A stretch of DNA of 64,000 nt from Octopus sinensis (Eukaryota), in the NCBI RefSeq assembly GCF_006345805.1, contig NC_043009.1, positions 31,868,001-31,932,000 on the forward strand, written 5' to 3'. The number at the start of each line of letters is the position of its first letter. Position 1 is the first letter of the stretch. Below are positions 62,657 through 64,000 of this stretch, piece after piece. The notes under the pieces were generated by a model. The model ran no database searches, was not told the DNA's origin, and saw nothing but the letters and a program-made list of their open reading frames with translations. The position numbers and the translations under genes were made by a program.

Positions 62657-63790
62657 TGCCTGTCTGTCAGTCTATCCACCCATCTATTTATCTATCTATC
62701 TTTCCATATATATATGTATGTATGTGTGTGTATGTATATATATGAATGTATATATATGTATATATATATCAGTCTCTTGGTCTATATAACTATCTGTCTA
62801 TCTATATATTTATCTGTTTATTTATCTATCTGTCTTATTTGTCAGTTTTTCTATATCTCTACCTGCCTGTCCTGTCCTGATAGAGAAAAAAACAAAAAAC
62901 TATGCATGTTCATGTGTTCTGTATATATTTGCATATATATGTGTGTTTCTGTGTGCGTGCGTGATGTGTGTGTATGTCTGTGTGTCCTATACATTTTTTT
63001 CTTTATTTAATTACACATATCTATGATATACTCACATTTCTTTGTATATGATTGATTAGGTTCTTCACATGAACATACCACCCATGTATGCAGAAAGAAT
63101 TGTGTACAATTTTAAGCATACATATGCATATATATATATGTATGTATGCATGTATGTATGTATGTATGTATGCAAAACCATACAAACATACTTCACATAC
63201 ACCACATGCATACACACACATACATATTTGTTACATGTATACATACACACACACACAAACACATATATATATAAATAGATAGATATAGGTATGTATATAC
63301 ATGTGCTTATGTATATACGTAATATATACACACACAATATATGTATGATGTATGATGTATATATGTATGTATGCATGTATGTATGCATATATATATATGC
63401 ATGAATGTATCTATATATGTGTGTATATATATATGTTCATATATGCATGCATATATATGTATATATATGTATTATACATATACATATATATATATATGCA
63501 TACATGCATGCACACACACACAGATACAAACAAACAGACACACATGCACGCACACGCACACATGCACACACACATACACACATATATATATGTATGCTTG
63601 TGTTGATGGATTTGAATCTATGGACACTTCAATTCTGATATATAAACATGGGTGTACATTTATAAATATTCAAATCTATTACAACAGTTACAAATCTATT
63701 TGAATATAGAATCATATATTTGCACAAACACACACACACACACCGACACACTCACACACACACACATACATGTACGCACATTGAATATTA
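61280..63790. repeat. Large compound di/tetranucleotide microsatellite field
   Basis: Direct reading; source of most spurious ORFs here. Confidence 0.92.
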
Positions 63791-64000
63791 GCTCACTCAA
63801 TACACACACGTCGGATATACGCACACACATATAGTGACTGTGTTCTATTGAAGCTTGACTTAACTCGATCTAAACATATTCGATGATGTATTCAAAACCC
63901 TGTCTTTTTAAAACATTATTGAAAATGGGGGTGTTTACAAAGAGTGAATGACCAGCTGAATGGTTGTATATAATATTCCTTTGTCAAGTGATGCAACTGA

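Overview
This is very AT-rich, microsatellite-saturated eukaryotic DNA. The SINE repertoire and the (TA)n/(CA)n/(AAT)n density look like an octopus (coleoid cephalopod) genome; that is an inference from pattern recognition, not a database search. I recognise no host protein-coding exon, and almost every ORF in the supplied track is translated microsatellite. Recognisable content: dozens of SINE copies in about four families; a 5'-truncated, lightly damaged Penelope-like element (RT thumb + GIY-YIG, ~23.19-25.07 kb) and a second GIY-YIG fragment; RTE and CR1/L2-type LINE fragments; Tc1/mariner remnants; Helentron/DINE-like elements; a tRNA-Ala(UGC) pseudogene; a 1.28-kb fold-back inversion; and a 1.84-kb tandem duplication that may be an assembly artefact. 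The main unexplained signal is about 15 type-I hammerhead ribozyme motifs from several unrelated sequence families. Five keep all core residues. Most have a minimal palindromic stem III, and many sit in or beside short ORF-less fold-back cassettes between (TA)n tracts. Repeat boundaries were read by eye and are approximate (about +/-10-20 bp).
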